DNA from: a virus
Direction: 5' to 3' (one strand)
Length of the DNA stretch: 64,000 bases
IMG/VR virus record: IMGVR_UViG_3300019752_000001
Positions within the stretch are counted from its first letter, which is position 1. Each line of letters opens with the position of its first letter. The notes below the pieces were generated by a model. It saw only the letters and a list, made by a program, of their open reading frames with translations. It did not search any database and was not told the DNA's origin. Position numbers and translations under genes: made by a program. Shown here piece by piece: positions 18,765 through 28,710 of this stretch.

Positions 18765-20477
18765 CTACATAACACCAAGCTTACTACGGATCTCAGATAG
18801 AGTGTATTGGTTGTAGAGTTCACCATCCTCAAACACAACCTTCAGCTCCCCTTGAGCTTCCTGTTCAACAGTTTGGTTATCATATGTCACATACATCTCC
18901 TGTCCATCTTCTCCCTTCTCAAGCTCAACACGTAACAATCCTTCACGAGAAGCCTTAGACATATCGGTCTTAGGAGTTTTGTTCATACCAAAACCTTCAC
19001 CACCTACTACGGAGTAACCTCCCTTCAACGCAATACCATAAGAATCTCGTGAGGAGTTTTTCAGCTTAGCCCAACTACCAACACCAAGCAATAGGTTTGT
19101 TACACAGAATCCTAATTCTTCCATACGGCTATAGATAGCTTCTTGCATCTCCATTGTAATAGCTTCTCCGTAGATCAGTCCAACAGAAGGATGCAACACT
19201 TTATAACCTTTCTCGTTAACCACCCCTCCAAACACTTCCCAGAGTATTTGTAAACTACCCTTCACTTCTTCTTCTGAGATTTCCTTGTAACTGAGGTTTC
19301 CATCAACTTCATAATATTTACCTGAAGTTTTGCACCGGAACACCTGATAACCTCGTTGTATTAATGATGGGGTGATGAGGTTGTTAAGACCCCGTCCTTG
19401 TAGGTAAGGTCTGAAGTTAGGAATATCTTTATACCGTTCACCACAAATAACTTCTAGTGGGGTTTTAGGGCTGCTATCAGGACGGAACACAAGCTTACCA
19501 GGCAAACCTAAAGAGTCTGGCTCACGGGACACAATTACAGGTTCAAGCTTAGCAGCTAGCTCTGAGATAACGTAATAGTAATCTTTACTATCTGCTACAT
19601 AACTCAGAATGCCACGTGGGTAAACATCTGTCAGGAGACGCTTAAGACTCTCTTCTTCACTTCCGTAATAATGGATACCTTGTGTGGTTGTTGCGTGTTC
19701 AGTTGCATTAACAGAGACGCCAACCCATTCCTTATCACTATCTGCACCATAATATTGTTCAAGTCCATCAATAGCCCATAAAGTGTCTGTTCCAACACCA
19801 AACATAAGGTGTGCTACTCCAGACATCATAGCATCCTGATCACCACGCAGACCACGAGCTGAGAAGTCATGGTTAGCAATAGGCAACCAAGCAGCAGCTG
19901 CTTCTGGAGTAGCAGTCTTCTCAGCCCAGCGCTTACTTGTCAGGAAATACTGTTGAGCTACGGATGCAGAGTTACACATTGACCACACCATACAACTCAG
20001 GAATGTCTCACAATTGTTTGTCAACCAGAAGAAGCGATCATCTGTATTAACTACTGTGAAGAATGGTGTGTTCTTATTAACCAAACTACCTTCAGGGAGG
20101 GACTTAATACGCAGAGGAAGATAACCTAGATCATGTAGGTCAGCCATAGCAGCAATCTGTACATCTCCGTTGTCAGGGCCTACACAGTTTTTAACCCGAC
20201 GACGATAGGCATTGATAACTTTTTCTTTAGGCTGACTGAAGAATGTAGCATTCCAGTTATCCTTCAACATGTGTACAGCCAACTGAACACCCACCATCAC
20301 CATCTTATCGGTGTTGTTCTGAGGGATTGTGTGAGCCAGTCTGAAGTTACGAGCTGTACAGCTGCTGTACACTACCTCTGTTCCAGGGACATACTGTTCA
20401 ATATGACCTAGTTTATAAGCATCTGTCTTGTGAGCTTGAGAGATGGCGAAAATTGAATTGTTCATTGTGTTAATCAT
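18765..20477 (-). CDS. nadV: Nampt/NadV-family protein (Namat of NARP1)
   Basis: TDAYKLGH, HDFSARG, ATEH, VADS, RPDS, GLIYG. Confidence 0.9.
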   Translation of the reverse strand: MINTMNNSIFAISQAHKTDAYKLGHIEQYVPGTEVVYSSCTARNFRLAHTIPQNNTDKMVMVGVQLAVHMLKDNWNATFFSQPKEKVINAYRRRVKNCVGPDNGDVQIAAMADLHDLGYLPLRIKSLPEGSLVNKNTPFFTVVNTDDRFFWLTNNCETFLSCMVWSMCNSASVAQQYFLTSKRWAEKTATPEAAAAWLPIANHDFSARGLRGDQDAMMSGVAHLMFGVGTDTLWAIDGLEQYYGADSDKEWVGVSVNATEHATTTQGIHYYGSEEESLKRLLTDVYPRGILSYVADSKDYYYVISELAAKLEPVIVSREPDSLGLPGKLVFRPDSSPKTPLEVICGERYKDIPNFRPYLQGRGLNNLITPSLIQRGYQVFRCKTSGKYYEVDGNLSYKEISEEEVKGSLQILWEVFGGVVNEKGYKVLHPSVGLIYGEAITMEMQEAIYSRMEELGFCVTNLLLGVGSWAKLKNSSRDSYGIALKGGYSVVGGEGFGMNKTPKTDMSKASREGLLRVELEKGEDGQEMYVTYDNQTVEQEAQGELKVVFEDGELYNQYTLSEIRSKLGVM

Positions 20478-20815
20478 ACTTTGTTCTCCTGTTTTACGAA
20501 AATAGCGTGGAAATAATTACAGAAATCATAAGCTTCTGAGTTTACTACACCGGAAGAGGAACTGCTTAGTGTATACCCTTGAGCTAATAGTTCATTACAC
20601 TCCTTTTCAAACTCTGCTGGTGTTAATACGTCTACAACTTTTACAGAAGGTGTAGTTATGTCTTCCTGAACCTTCTCCTCAAAAACTGTTCCATCCTTAA
20701 CCCACTCCCAAGTTATATATCGGGGATTAACAGCTCCACAGTCACAAACCCAACCATTACGCCCTTCCATTACAGAACTCTTGCAGACATCACAAGAAAT
20801 AACTGAATGCCCCAT
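20474..20815 (-). CDS. zinc-ribbon hypothetical protein
   Basis: CDVC...CDC; lies between the Prs-like and Nampt-like genes. Confidence 0.65.
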   Translation of the reverse strand: MGHSVISCDVCKSSVMEGRNGWVCDCGAVNPRYITWEWVKDGTVFEEKVQEDITTPSVKVVDVLTPAEFEKECNELLAQGYTLSSSSSGVVNSEAYDFCNYFHAIFVKQENKV

Positions 20816-20826
20816 AACTTTCTCCT

Positions 20827-21684
20827 TTAATATGTGTAGTTTAATTTCATCAGTTTGATACGTTCATCTTTGCAGTAACCAAACAAACTATCTGTTGTCC
20901 AGATGTCATCAACTCCTCCCTCAAAGATGTGATCAACTCCGTTAGGGAATATACCATGTACAACACAAAGTACAACCTTTGCAGCTCCCTTTTCCTTAAG
21001 CTTCTTTGCCAGAGCTATAAAGGTTCCTCCGTTATCACAGATGTCATCAAAGATATAACATGTTCGTCCCACCACTTCATCATCTTTACAATACACTTCT
21101 GTAGATGTGATTGCACCAGATACTACATCTCGCACTTTAGCTGCTTGTACTACACGGGATATACTGAGCTTCTTACAAACTTTCAAACTCTTCTTGCTAG
21201 CACCTGCGTCAGGGATAACCACAACGTCCTGATCAGAAATGATGTTATGGAAAGGTCTAAACACTTCTTCTTGCTTAACTTCAATGCAGCGAGCTAAGCA
21301 GGCTGTTGCCACATCTGAGTGGCTATCCACCACCATAACCAAGTCAAACTGCATAGCGTTGATTGCTTCACAGAATACCTTAATAGATAATGCTTCTCCA
21401 TTGTCCATAACACGATCCTGTCGAGCATATGGAATGTAGGGCATACGAAGCTTCATATGAGAGGGACGACACATACGAACTACAGCATCCTTCAGCATCA
21501 TAAGGATAATTAAATCCTCTGGCTTAGACATCTTAGCTTCAATCGTACAAGCCTGTCCACAGAAGACAGTAAAAGGAGGAAGAAGTTTTACATTAACCTC
21601 TCCTCCACTAAAGACTGAATAGGTGAACGGGATAGTTTGTGTCCCATATTGAATATCGAATCGTTCATTAACTCTTGTCATCAT
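20827..21684 (-). CDS. prs: PRPP synthetase-like protein (Adps of NARP1)
   Basis: FSGGE, PYIPYARQDR, DSHS, PDAGA, DDICDNGGT, HGIF. Confidence 0.9.
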   Translation of the reverse strand: MMTRVNERFDIQYGTQTIPFTYSVFSGGEVNVKLLPPFTVFCGQACTIEAKMSKPEDLIILMMLKDAVVRMCRPSHMKLRMPYIPYARQDRVMDNGEALSIKVFCEAINAMQFDLVMVVDSHSDVATACLARCIEVKQEEVFRPFHNIISDQDVVVIPDAGASKKSLKVCKKLSISRVVQAAKVRDVVSGAITSTEVYCKDDEVVGRTCYIFDDICDNGGTFIALAKKLKEKGAAKVVLCVVHGIFPNGVDHIFEGGVDDIWTTDSLFGYCKDERIKLMKLNYTY

Positions 21685-21692
21685 TTGTTCTC

Positions 21693-22256
21693 CTATTTAT
21701 GTTTTTCTTTCTGCCTCAACCACTCATCACGAGCAGCCTCATGGTCTAGTTTTTCCTGCAGGTTGTCAAGCCAAACTTGTTTATATTCTTCTTCTTCCTT
21801 CTCAAGAGTTGATACAGTTAGCATCTCAGAGAGAGGAACAATATGACAGATGAACACACTTGTATCTGTATGCTTACTGAAACCTTCCTCTACATTTAAA
21901 TACATAATACAGGGGTACTCTGACCACACCCCAGTATCAAGCTCCAAAGAGTCTTGTGAATACAAATTCCAGGTAGTAGAGATATAAGCCTTCTGATCCA
22001 CAAAAGCAAGGTAAGGGTTATTATGGAAGGTTGGTAACGTTACTGCGTGGTGTCCATAGATGTTCTCTTCCTCGTCGTTGAAAGAGGTGTCTTCTTTAAC
22101 ACCCACTCCACAGGTGTACATACTCTCTTCATCCATACCTGTCTTGCTGAAGAACTTCCTCACCTCTTCTTCACTATTGAACAAGAACATCTTCCCAGTA
22201 GGAATTCCCCAAAAGATTGGCAGGTCGTTTAGTGGTTTGTTTTCTTTATCAGTCAT
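21693..22256 (-). CDS. hypothetical protein
   Basis: ORF track. Confidence 0.7.
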   Translation of the reverse strand: MTDKENKPLNDLPIFWGIPTGKMFLFNSEEEVRKFFSKTGMDEESMYTCGVGVKEDTSFNDEEENIYGHHAVTLPTFHNNPYLAFVDQKAYISTTWNLYSQDSLELDTGVWSEYPCIMYLNVEEGFSKHTDTSVFICHIVPLSEMLTVSTLEKEEEEYKQVWLDNLQEKLDHEAARDEWLRQKEKHK

Positions 22257-22470
22257 TCACCAACTCCATATTTTCTTCAAACTCTTCCTTAGTGAAGTAA
22301 GTTGTAGAGTTTACTGCCACATATGGTTGATCCCCTTCAACATACCATTTATCTCCTGACCAGAAACCCTCTACACCTGTTGTTAGTATGTGTGGCCAAT
22401 ATTCTAAGAAGCAATGCCCTCCAAAGACTGTAGCCTCTAACTGTGCAGCACTTTTCGCTCTAGCTTTCAT
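22249..22470 (-). CDS. hypothetical protein
   Basis: ORF track. Confidence 0.65.
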   Translation of the reverse strand: MKARAKSAAQLEATVFGGHCFLEYWPHILTTGVEGFWSGDKWYVEGDQPYVAVNSTTYFTKEEFEENMELVND

Positions 22471-22727
22471 TCTTCTTCTCCTGCTTTGTCCAGAAGAGCT
22501 TCCAACATAAGCCCTGCCTGTAGTGCATGATTATCAAAATCCCCACGAATCTTACTACGTTCAGCCTCCTGTAAGGCTTCTTGGTGCTCAAGAATCTCTT
22601 CCATATAGGAATACAGATCTTCTGCTAAACTGTGCATACCAATTGTATCAAGTGCTCGTGATTTAGACTGTAATGCACTTGCAACTCTGATAAGCCCTGT
22701 ATGTGCCTGTTCTGTAGCTACACTCAT
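22467..22727 (-). CDS. hypothetical protein
   Basis: start moved to MSVATE after AGGAG. Confidence 0.7.
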   Translation of the reverse strand: MSVATEQAHTGLIRVASALQSKSRALDTIGMHSLAEDLYSYMEEILEHQEALQEAERSKIRGDFDNHALQAGLMLEALLDKAGEEE

Positions 22728-22767
22728 ATCCGTTCTCCTGTGAAGGTGTTTGAAGTTGATGACTAGA

Positions 22768-22838
22768 ATAGTAATAGAGCTTCCTCTTCCTGTCAACACA
22801 AACATTTATATTGACAACATTAAACATTCAGTTACTAT
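22768..22838. promoter_or_regulatory. divergent sigma70 promoter pair at the strand switch
   Basis: minus TTGACA-N17-TACTAT (22768-22796); plus TTGACA-N16-TACTAT (22811-22838). Confidence 0.75.
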
Positions 22839-22872
22839 GAGGGCATCACTTAGACAACGAGGTAAACGCACA

Positions 22873-23520
22873 ATGAAGACTAATAATCCTGGTAACAACA
22901 ATCCCCCTAAGTATGTCAAAGGAGAAGCCCCTCAGTTCAATGAAACATCATTGAACAAGGTTTGGAATGAAGCGACTAGCATGACTACTGATCAGCTAAT
23001 TGCTAAGATCCAGAAGCTGCACACTGCTGTAGCCAAGAAGAATAAAGGCTGGCACCGTGCTGAGAAGGCTCTCCCTATGTGGAAGTTTGTAGCAGATAAA
23101 AGTGGAGTGGTGTGGGAAGGAGAGGATGATAAAGCTTTCCAACAAGTTGTAGATGCAGAGTTAATTCTTGCGCAACAATATAGTAAGAAAAGTGAACGAG
23201 CTAAACAACGATCTGTTGAATGGAAGTTGACATTTGCTCAGTTTAAGAAGATCATGTCACGACGTACCTGTGCATATACGGGAAACAAGTTTACAGAGGT
23301 TAACTTTCCAACACTAGATAGACTTGATCCAGGAAAACCTTACATTGTAGGGAATGTGTATAAGGTGGGTAATGTAGCTAATCAGTTAAAGAATACTCTG
23401 TTTGAGAAGCCTAGTAATCAACCTGCTAATCTGAGTATGCGTATCAAGTTTGAAGATATGGAGAAGTTGATGGCAGGACTGAAAAAGGTAGGGTTTGATA
23501 AAGTAGTTGTTGAACGTTAA
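22873..23520 (+). CDS. Srd-like / degenerate HNH-fold protein
   Basis: AKQR..EWKLT...CAYTG...TLDRLD...Y..GNV...N..K. Confidence 0.6.
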   Translation: MKTNNPGNNNPPKYVKGEAPQFNETSLNKVWNEATSMTTDQLIAKIQKLHTAVAKKNKGWHRAEKALPMWKFVADKSGVVWEGEDDKAFQQVVDAELILAQQYSKKSERAKQRSVEWKLTFAQFKKIMSRRTCAYTGNKFTEVNFPTLDRLDPGKPYIVGNVYKVGNVANQLKNTLFEKPSNQPANLSMRIKFEDMEKLMAGLKKVGFDKVVVER

Positions 23521-23696
23521 TTTAAGTCCGTAGTAGGAGAGGGATGTGAAAAACTTTTATGGGAAAGCTCTACAAGCTAAACGTGTACGACAGCTTATGG
23601 ATGCTACTGAACAAGAACATCCCAGGGATGTAAACTGGGAAGAAGTGAATGAAGAGATTGATAAAATTAACCTGACAGTTTTGGACATGGAGTTAT

Positions 23697-24086
23697 ATGA
23701 AGATGACTGAACAAGATAAGAAAGATGTTGCAGAGTTTTTAGGAAATAAGGATAAGAGGTCTTTATATCATTGTAGTAAAGACCTTAAGCTCTTAGCTAC
23801 AGAAACAGGAAAAGGTAATGTACTATCAGAAGGAGACCTTATGTTTGGGATATGTAACGCTATACCAGACAGTAATATTGTTTGTGTTTTAAGCCTGTAC
23901 TGGTTAGAGTTCTCTGGAAAAATCGCTTACCCGGTTCCTCACCCAACAGGTGCCCGCACTGGATTCGATAATTCTGACAACCTCTGGATAGGAGAATATG
24001 GAGCAGCCCGAAAACGTCTCTGTCTATGGCTGGCTGAAACAATTGACAACTTCTTAATAAAAATAGGGGTAGAAGATGTCCAATAA
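23697..24086 (+). CDS. GIC/PVPxP/EYG paralog family, copy 4
   Basis: GIC...WLEFSG..YPVPHP...WIGEYGAARKRLCLWL. Confidence 0.75.
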   Translation: MKMTEQDKKDVAEFLGNKDKRSLYHCSKDLKLLATETGKGNVLSEGDLMFGICNAIPDSNIVCVLSLYWLEFSGKIAYPVPHPTGARTGFDNSDNLWIGEYGAARKRLCLWLAETIDNFLIKIGVEDVQ

Positions 24087-24339
24087 TTCCTCCTCCTGTA
24101 CACCTTGTTTGAGAAGCGCATTCAAAAACACTTCTGAAAGCACCTTGAACATTGAGAACGGTGATAGTTTCATTCGTCAACTACGTTTGAAGTTGGCTGC
24201 TGAGTTTTATATCACAGAGCAGAATAAACCGGGGGATAAGAAGATTCCTGGCATTGCATGTGCGAAACAGTCCTTGACTTTGGCTGATACTTTGATTAAA
24301 GTTGAGGAAGAAATTTACGGAACAGGAGAGGATGTATGA
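24076..24339 (+). CDS. hypothetical protein
   Basis: ORF track. Confidence 0.6.
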   Translation: MSNNSSSCTPCLRSAFKNTSESTLNIENGDSFIRQLRLKLAAEFYITEQNKPGDKKIPGIACAKQSLTLADTLIKVEEEIYGTGEDV

Positions 24340-24635
24340 ACAACACAACTACAGCCAAACCACCTTGTAAACTCATCTTCGCAGACTTCAAGAACAAGGT
24401 GAAAGTTGGTGAGCGTTATGTAACTCAAACTCCATGGATGTGTAATGTCTGTGGACACAGCTACCTGTACACACCAGAAGTTGATCGTAAACCTGGGCAG
24501 AAGGTTATGAAGTATCTACCTCTTACTGTGAATATTCCAGTAGCTAATAAAATGAATAAGGTAGAGATGAAAGATACGGTAATAAACGTTTGTGAGAAGT
24601 GTGCTGATCAAGTACACTTGGCATTCCAAGAATAA
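24336..24635 (+). CDS. zinc-ribbon hypothetical protein
   Basis: CNVC...CEKC. Confidence 0.7.
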   Translation: MNNTTTAKPPCKLIFADFKNKVKVGERYVTQTPWMCNVCGHSYLYTPEVDRKPGQKVMKYLPLTVNIPVANKMNKVEMKDTVINVCEKCADQVHLAFQE

Positions 24636-24646
24636 GGAGAAATACT

Positions 24647-25303
24647 ATGAAACCTACTAAGAAAACCAAAGCTTACAAAGCTACGATGAAAAAGATTAAG
24701 AAGCTACCTATAAAGGTGATGAAGGCTAAGGATGTCCCTGAGGGTGCCGATGTTATAGATGAGGAAGGAGACTTCCTAGCACTTCACTCAGATGGTAAAT
24801 TAACCTTGTGGAGTTTAAAAAGTCAATGGTCTGATATTAAAGGTTTCCATAGTTTGCAGGACTTGTTCGGTGCTAAACGGATCAAAATCAAGCGTAAGAA
24901 GAAGGCTAAGCCAGTTATTACTCCAGACCTTACTCCAGACCTTACTCCAGCAGAACTACCCAGTTTTCCTTTTAAGCTGACATGCGGAGATCGTCCTGAA
25001 GTGAGGGCGTGGCTGGAGAGTAAAGGGTGTAATTGGGTTAGCGGGAGATATTTAACTGGTTGGAAAACAGAGGAGAAAACAATCTATGTATCTGGTTCCT
25101 CCGTGTACCTTTCGGTTGTTGAAGTAGGTAACTATCCAGAGATTAACCTTGCATTTCTTGGCGGTGTTGTAGTTGATTGGAGTTGCTCACCCTCTAACAA
25201 AACCCGTTTACAAGAAGCTCTGGATAGTTTAACCTCTGCAAACAATCAAGCACAAGAAGCTGCTAACACTGTTCAGCAGATTATCGATACTATGGAAGAA
25301 TAA
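24647..25303 (+). CDS. hypothetical protein sharing a domain with 58188-58802
   Basis: PFKLTCGDRPEVRAWL...GC.W; TPDL tandem linker. Confidence 0.7.
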   Translation: MKPTKKTKAYKATMKKIKKLPIKVMKAKDVPEGADVIDEEGDFLALHSDGKLTLWSLKSQWSDIKGFHSLQDLFGAKRIKIKRKKKAKPVITPDLTPDLTPAELPSFPFKLTCGDRPEVRAWLESKGCNWVSGRYLTGWKTEEKTIYVSGSSVYLSVVEVGNYPEINLAFLGGVVVDWSCSPSNKTRLQEALDSLTSANNQAQEAANTVQQIIDTMEE

Positions 25304-25313
25304 GGAGAGGAGT

Positions 25314-26408
25314 ATGACTAAACTTGAATTATCCATCGACCCAGAAGGACTTCCTGGTTGGGGAGTTTGGGAGGCTGTACGAGAGTTTGTACAGAATTGG
25401 GCAGACAATACTGAAGATAGTGATTGGTTCTGGAATGACAACTATGATGGACGTGGAGGTTATCTTTACCTGAGTAACAAAAACACATCACTACCTCGTA
25501 AGTCGCTTCTCGTAGGCAATAGTACAAAACGTGAGGATAACACTACACGAGGTCGTCATGGGGATGGACTTAAGTCTGCTATGGCTGTATTGTTACGTCA
25601 AGGAAAAGAGATTAGAATTCATAACGATAATGTTGTGTGGACTCCAACTCTCTCTCATTCTGACATATACGGTTGCGAGCTTCTAACTATTGTTGAGCAG
25701 GAAGTTGATAGTACAGGGCACTTAGAAGTTTTCATTACTATGACCTGTGAAGATTTTGAAACTGTTATAGCTAACTGTCTACTCCTCCAAGAAGATGGTC
25801 GTAAGCTACATTCAACAGATAAAGGTGACATCCTTCTTGACGAAGAGTACAAAGGTAAGATATTCTGTGGAGGGATCTATGTAAACACTCTTCAGCAGCT
25901 TGAGTATGGATATGACTTCAAACCTGAAGTGTTGTCCCTTGACCGAGACAGACAAGCTATAGACTCCTTTGATATTAAGTGGATCACTAAGGAGATGTGG
26001 CGAGAGATCGGAACAGACCCTGACAAAGCTTCTGATGTAGCTGAGATGATCCATGATGAGATTGAAGATACTAAGTACTTAGTAAGTCACGCAAGTCCTT
26101 CTACCTCCCTGAAAGAGGCAGCTATGGAGATCTATAGAGACAATTACCAAGGGAATATGCTTGCTGAGAGTTTTGTAGAGGCTGAGGAGCTTAAAGCTGC
26201 AGGCAATGATAATGTTGTCTACCTGGGCAAAGAAGACTTCACGAACCTTGTGAAGTCTTCTGACAAGTATAAGACTATTGACTTTGGGATCGTACAGACT
26301 GTCAAAACTTCTCCCAAGGAAAAGGTTGAAAATTGGCTTGAAGAATGGCAAGATGAAATCACAGAAGAGGTGTACATCTCACTGCAAGACTTGATCAATA
26401 CTTTATAA
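25314..26408 (+). CDS. GHKL-fold ATPase domain protein
   Basis: EAVREFVQNWAD, GNSTK, GRHGDGLK Bergerat motifs. Confidence 0.8.
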   Translation: MTKLELSIDPEGLPGWGVWEAVREFVQNWADNTEDSDWFWNDNYDGRGGYLYLSNKNTSLPRKSLLVGNSTKREDNTTRGRHGDGLKSAMAVLLRQGKEIRIHNDNVVWTPTLSHSDIYGCELLTIVEQEVDSTGHLEVFITMTCEDFETVIANCLLLQEDGRKLHSTDKGDILLDEEYKGKIFCGGIYVNTLQQLEYGYDFKPEVLSLDRDRQAIDSFDIKWITKEMWREIGTDPDKASDVAEMIHDEIEDTKYLVSHASPSTSLKEAAMEIYRDNYQGNMLAESFVEAEELKAAGNDNVVYLGKEDFTNLVKSSDKYKTIDFGIVQTVKTSPKEKVENWLEEWQDEITEEVYISLQDLINTL

Positions 26409-26459
26409 ACCATCTCACAAACTACTTTGTAATTAAGATAAACCTAAGAGGAAACAGAC

Positions 26460-26753
26460 ATGACTACTAACAACACCACTACACGTACCATCCGTAACAT
26501 TGTCCTGCTTGATGAAGATTCAAAGCTTCCTGTGGCTGATTCCATTGTTCATAACTTTGGAGATATTGTGACAGAAGATTGTGATCAAGCTACTCTGATG
26601 CAGCTTATGGTTGATCACGATATTAAAGGTATTATTGATAAACACAACAGTGTGCTAGCTAATCGCGCTAATCAGACAGTGTTGGAACGTACAGGTAAAA
26701 GGGTAATGCTACCTCCTATCACTATTAAGGACTTGTCTTGGAAGATTAAGTGA
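26460..26753 (+). CDS. hypothetical protein
   Basis: ORF track; GAGG RBS. Confidence 0.75.
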   Translation: MTTNNTTTRTIRNIVLLDEDSKLPVADSIVHNFGDIVTEDCDQATLMQLMVDHDIKGIIDKHNSVLANRANQTVLERTGKRVMLPPITIKDLSWKIK

Positions 26754-26833
26754 CCGAAAGAGATATATTGAAATAATAACTAGACAGGAGAGATTATACC
26801 TTCTCTCCTTCACCATTTTATGTAGGAGGTGTT

Positions 26834-28678
26834 TTGGGAGATATTGTAGTAAGGCATAAGGAGTGTATAAATCCTTCTTGTGAGTCAAGTGACGCACTCT
26901 CAGTGTATGAAGAAGAGTTAGATAATGGTGATGTTGAATACAATGCCACTTGCTATAGTTGTGAACAATTCTTTACACAGAAACAATTAGCAGCCTCCTA
27001 CTTAGGTGAAGAACTAGGTATAACAAGTGAAGGAGGATACACATCAGGAGGTAGGAATAAATTGGTTGTCAAAGCAAAACCTAAAAAATATATTACAGAT
27101 GAACAAATTCAGCATGTAAAAAATATTAGTGTTACAGATAAGACTAAGTATCGTACACTTGTCCCTGGAGTTAATTCTAAGTATAAGGTGTTGTCTGAGT
27201 TTAATAAAGATGATGATCTTATTAAACGATACTATCCTGTGTATGATATTGAAGAAGCTAAACTTTGTGGTTATAAGATCAGAGTTGTGGCTACAAAGGA
27301 TTTCTACTCAGTAGGTCACACAGGAGACTCTACAGCCCTCTTTGGACAACATGCTATGAAGCCTGGAGGTAAGTATGTGGGGTTGTTTGGTGGTGAAGAG
27401 GATGCGTTAGCTGCCTACTCAATGTTGGCTAAGGACCAAGCTGCTAAGGGTTATGACCCTATAGCTTGTGTTTCTCCATCTACATCTGAAACAGCCTCTA
27501 TCAAGAATGTTAAGCAGAACTATGAGTGGCTTGACACCTTTGAGAGAATTATCATTGGTTTTGATGATGATGCTAAAGGTAAAGAGTATGCTGTGAAGGT
27601 AGCTGAGGTATGCCCTCCTGGTAAAGCTTACCTTATGAAGATGCCTGTCCCAAAAGATCCTTGTGATGTTAAGATTGCAGGTAAAGAGAAGGAATTTGTT
27701 CGGGCCTTCTACTGGGAAAGTGTTAAGTATAAACCTCAAGGTATTGTTGGTAGTGGTGAACTAGAAGATGCTGTATTTGAAGAGTTGATGGTTGAGAAGA
27801 TACCCCTACCACCCTTCATGTTAGGTCTTCAGAATAAACTCGCTGGAGGGATACCATTAGGTGTTATTGTAAATATTGGAGCAGCTTCAGGATGCGGGAA
27901 GACTAGTATTATCAATGAGATGATCTATTATTGGTTGTTTCACAGCCCTCACAAGGTAGGTGTAGTTAGCTTAGAGTTGTCTAAAGGCCAGTATGGTATG
28001 GCTATGCTATCAAGACACCTTGGTAAGAAACTACAGCTATTTGAAAAGCCACAAGATGCAGTTGACTTTGTAAGATTACCAAAAAACCAAGAAGCTCGGT
28101 CTAAATTGTGGAGGGATGAAGAAGGAGAACATCGATGGTATCTTGTTGATGAACGTGAAGGTAGTGTTGAAGATATAAAGAACCTTATTAGTCAGCTTGT
28201 CATCTCATGTGGTTGTAAAGTTATAGTTCTTGATCCTCTACAGGATATTTTAGATGCTATGTCTAACGAAGATCAGGCCAACTTTATGAAGTTCCAGAAG
28301 AGCATGATTAAATCTGGTATCACCTTCGTTAACATAAACCATGTAAGGAAGAGTGGTAGTGGGGAAAAGGCAGGCAGTCAAGGTAAGGACTTGGTAGAAG
28401 AGGACTTCGCAGGAAGCAGTACCATCTTCAAATCTGGTGCTATCAATCTACTTATGATGAGGGATAAGGAAGCTGAAGATGAAATTATGAAGAACACTAT
28501 AATACCTAAGCTTAGTAAGAATCGTGGTCCTGGTTTTACAGGTTATGTAGATCCTTGGTATTACGACTTTAAGACACACACAATACATGACAAGAAAACT
28601 TACTTCGAAAACAATAGTATAGAAGGTGCTGTAGCTTCTGATGATAAAGATGACTTCGTAGGAAGTTTTAAAGAATGA
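26834..28678 (+). CDS. T7 gp4-like primase-helicase
   Basis: N-term Cys zinc finger, TOPRIM (GEED, FDDD), AASGCGKT, LDPL, HVRK. Confidence 0.93.
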   Translation: MGDIVVRHKECINPSCESSDALSVYEEELDNGDVEYNATCYSCEQFFTQKQLAASYLGEELGITSEGGYTSGGRNKLVVKAKPKKYITDEQIQHVKNISVTDKTKYRTLVPGVNSKYKVLSEFNKDDDLIKRYYPVYDIEEAKLCGYKIRVVATKDFYSVGHTGDSTALFGQHAMKPGGKYVGLFGGEEDALAAYSMLAKDQAAKGYDPIACVSPSTSETASIKNVKQNYEWLDTFERIIIGFDDDAKGKEYAVKVAEVCPPGKAYLMKMPVPKDPCDVKIAGKEKEFVRAFYWESVKYKPQGIVGSGELEDAVFEELMVEKIPLPPFMLGLQNKLAGGIPLGVIVNIGAASGCGKTSIINEMIYYWLFHSPHKVGVVSLELSKGQYGMAMLSRHLGKKLQLFEKPQDAVDFVRLPKNQEARSKLWRDEEGEHRWYLVDEREGSVEDIKNLISQLVISCGCKVIVLDPLQDILDAMSNEDQANFMKFQKSMIKSGITFVNINHVRKSGSGEKAGSQGKDLVEEDFAGSSTIFKSGAINLLMMRDKEAEDEIMKNTIIPKLSKNRGPGFTGYVDPWYYDFKTHTIHDKKTYFENNSIEGAVASDDKDDFVGSFKE

Positions 28679-28710
28679 TATAACACTTATTAATATAATA
28701 GGAGATACTA

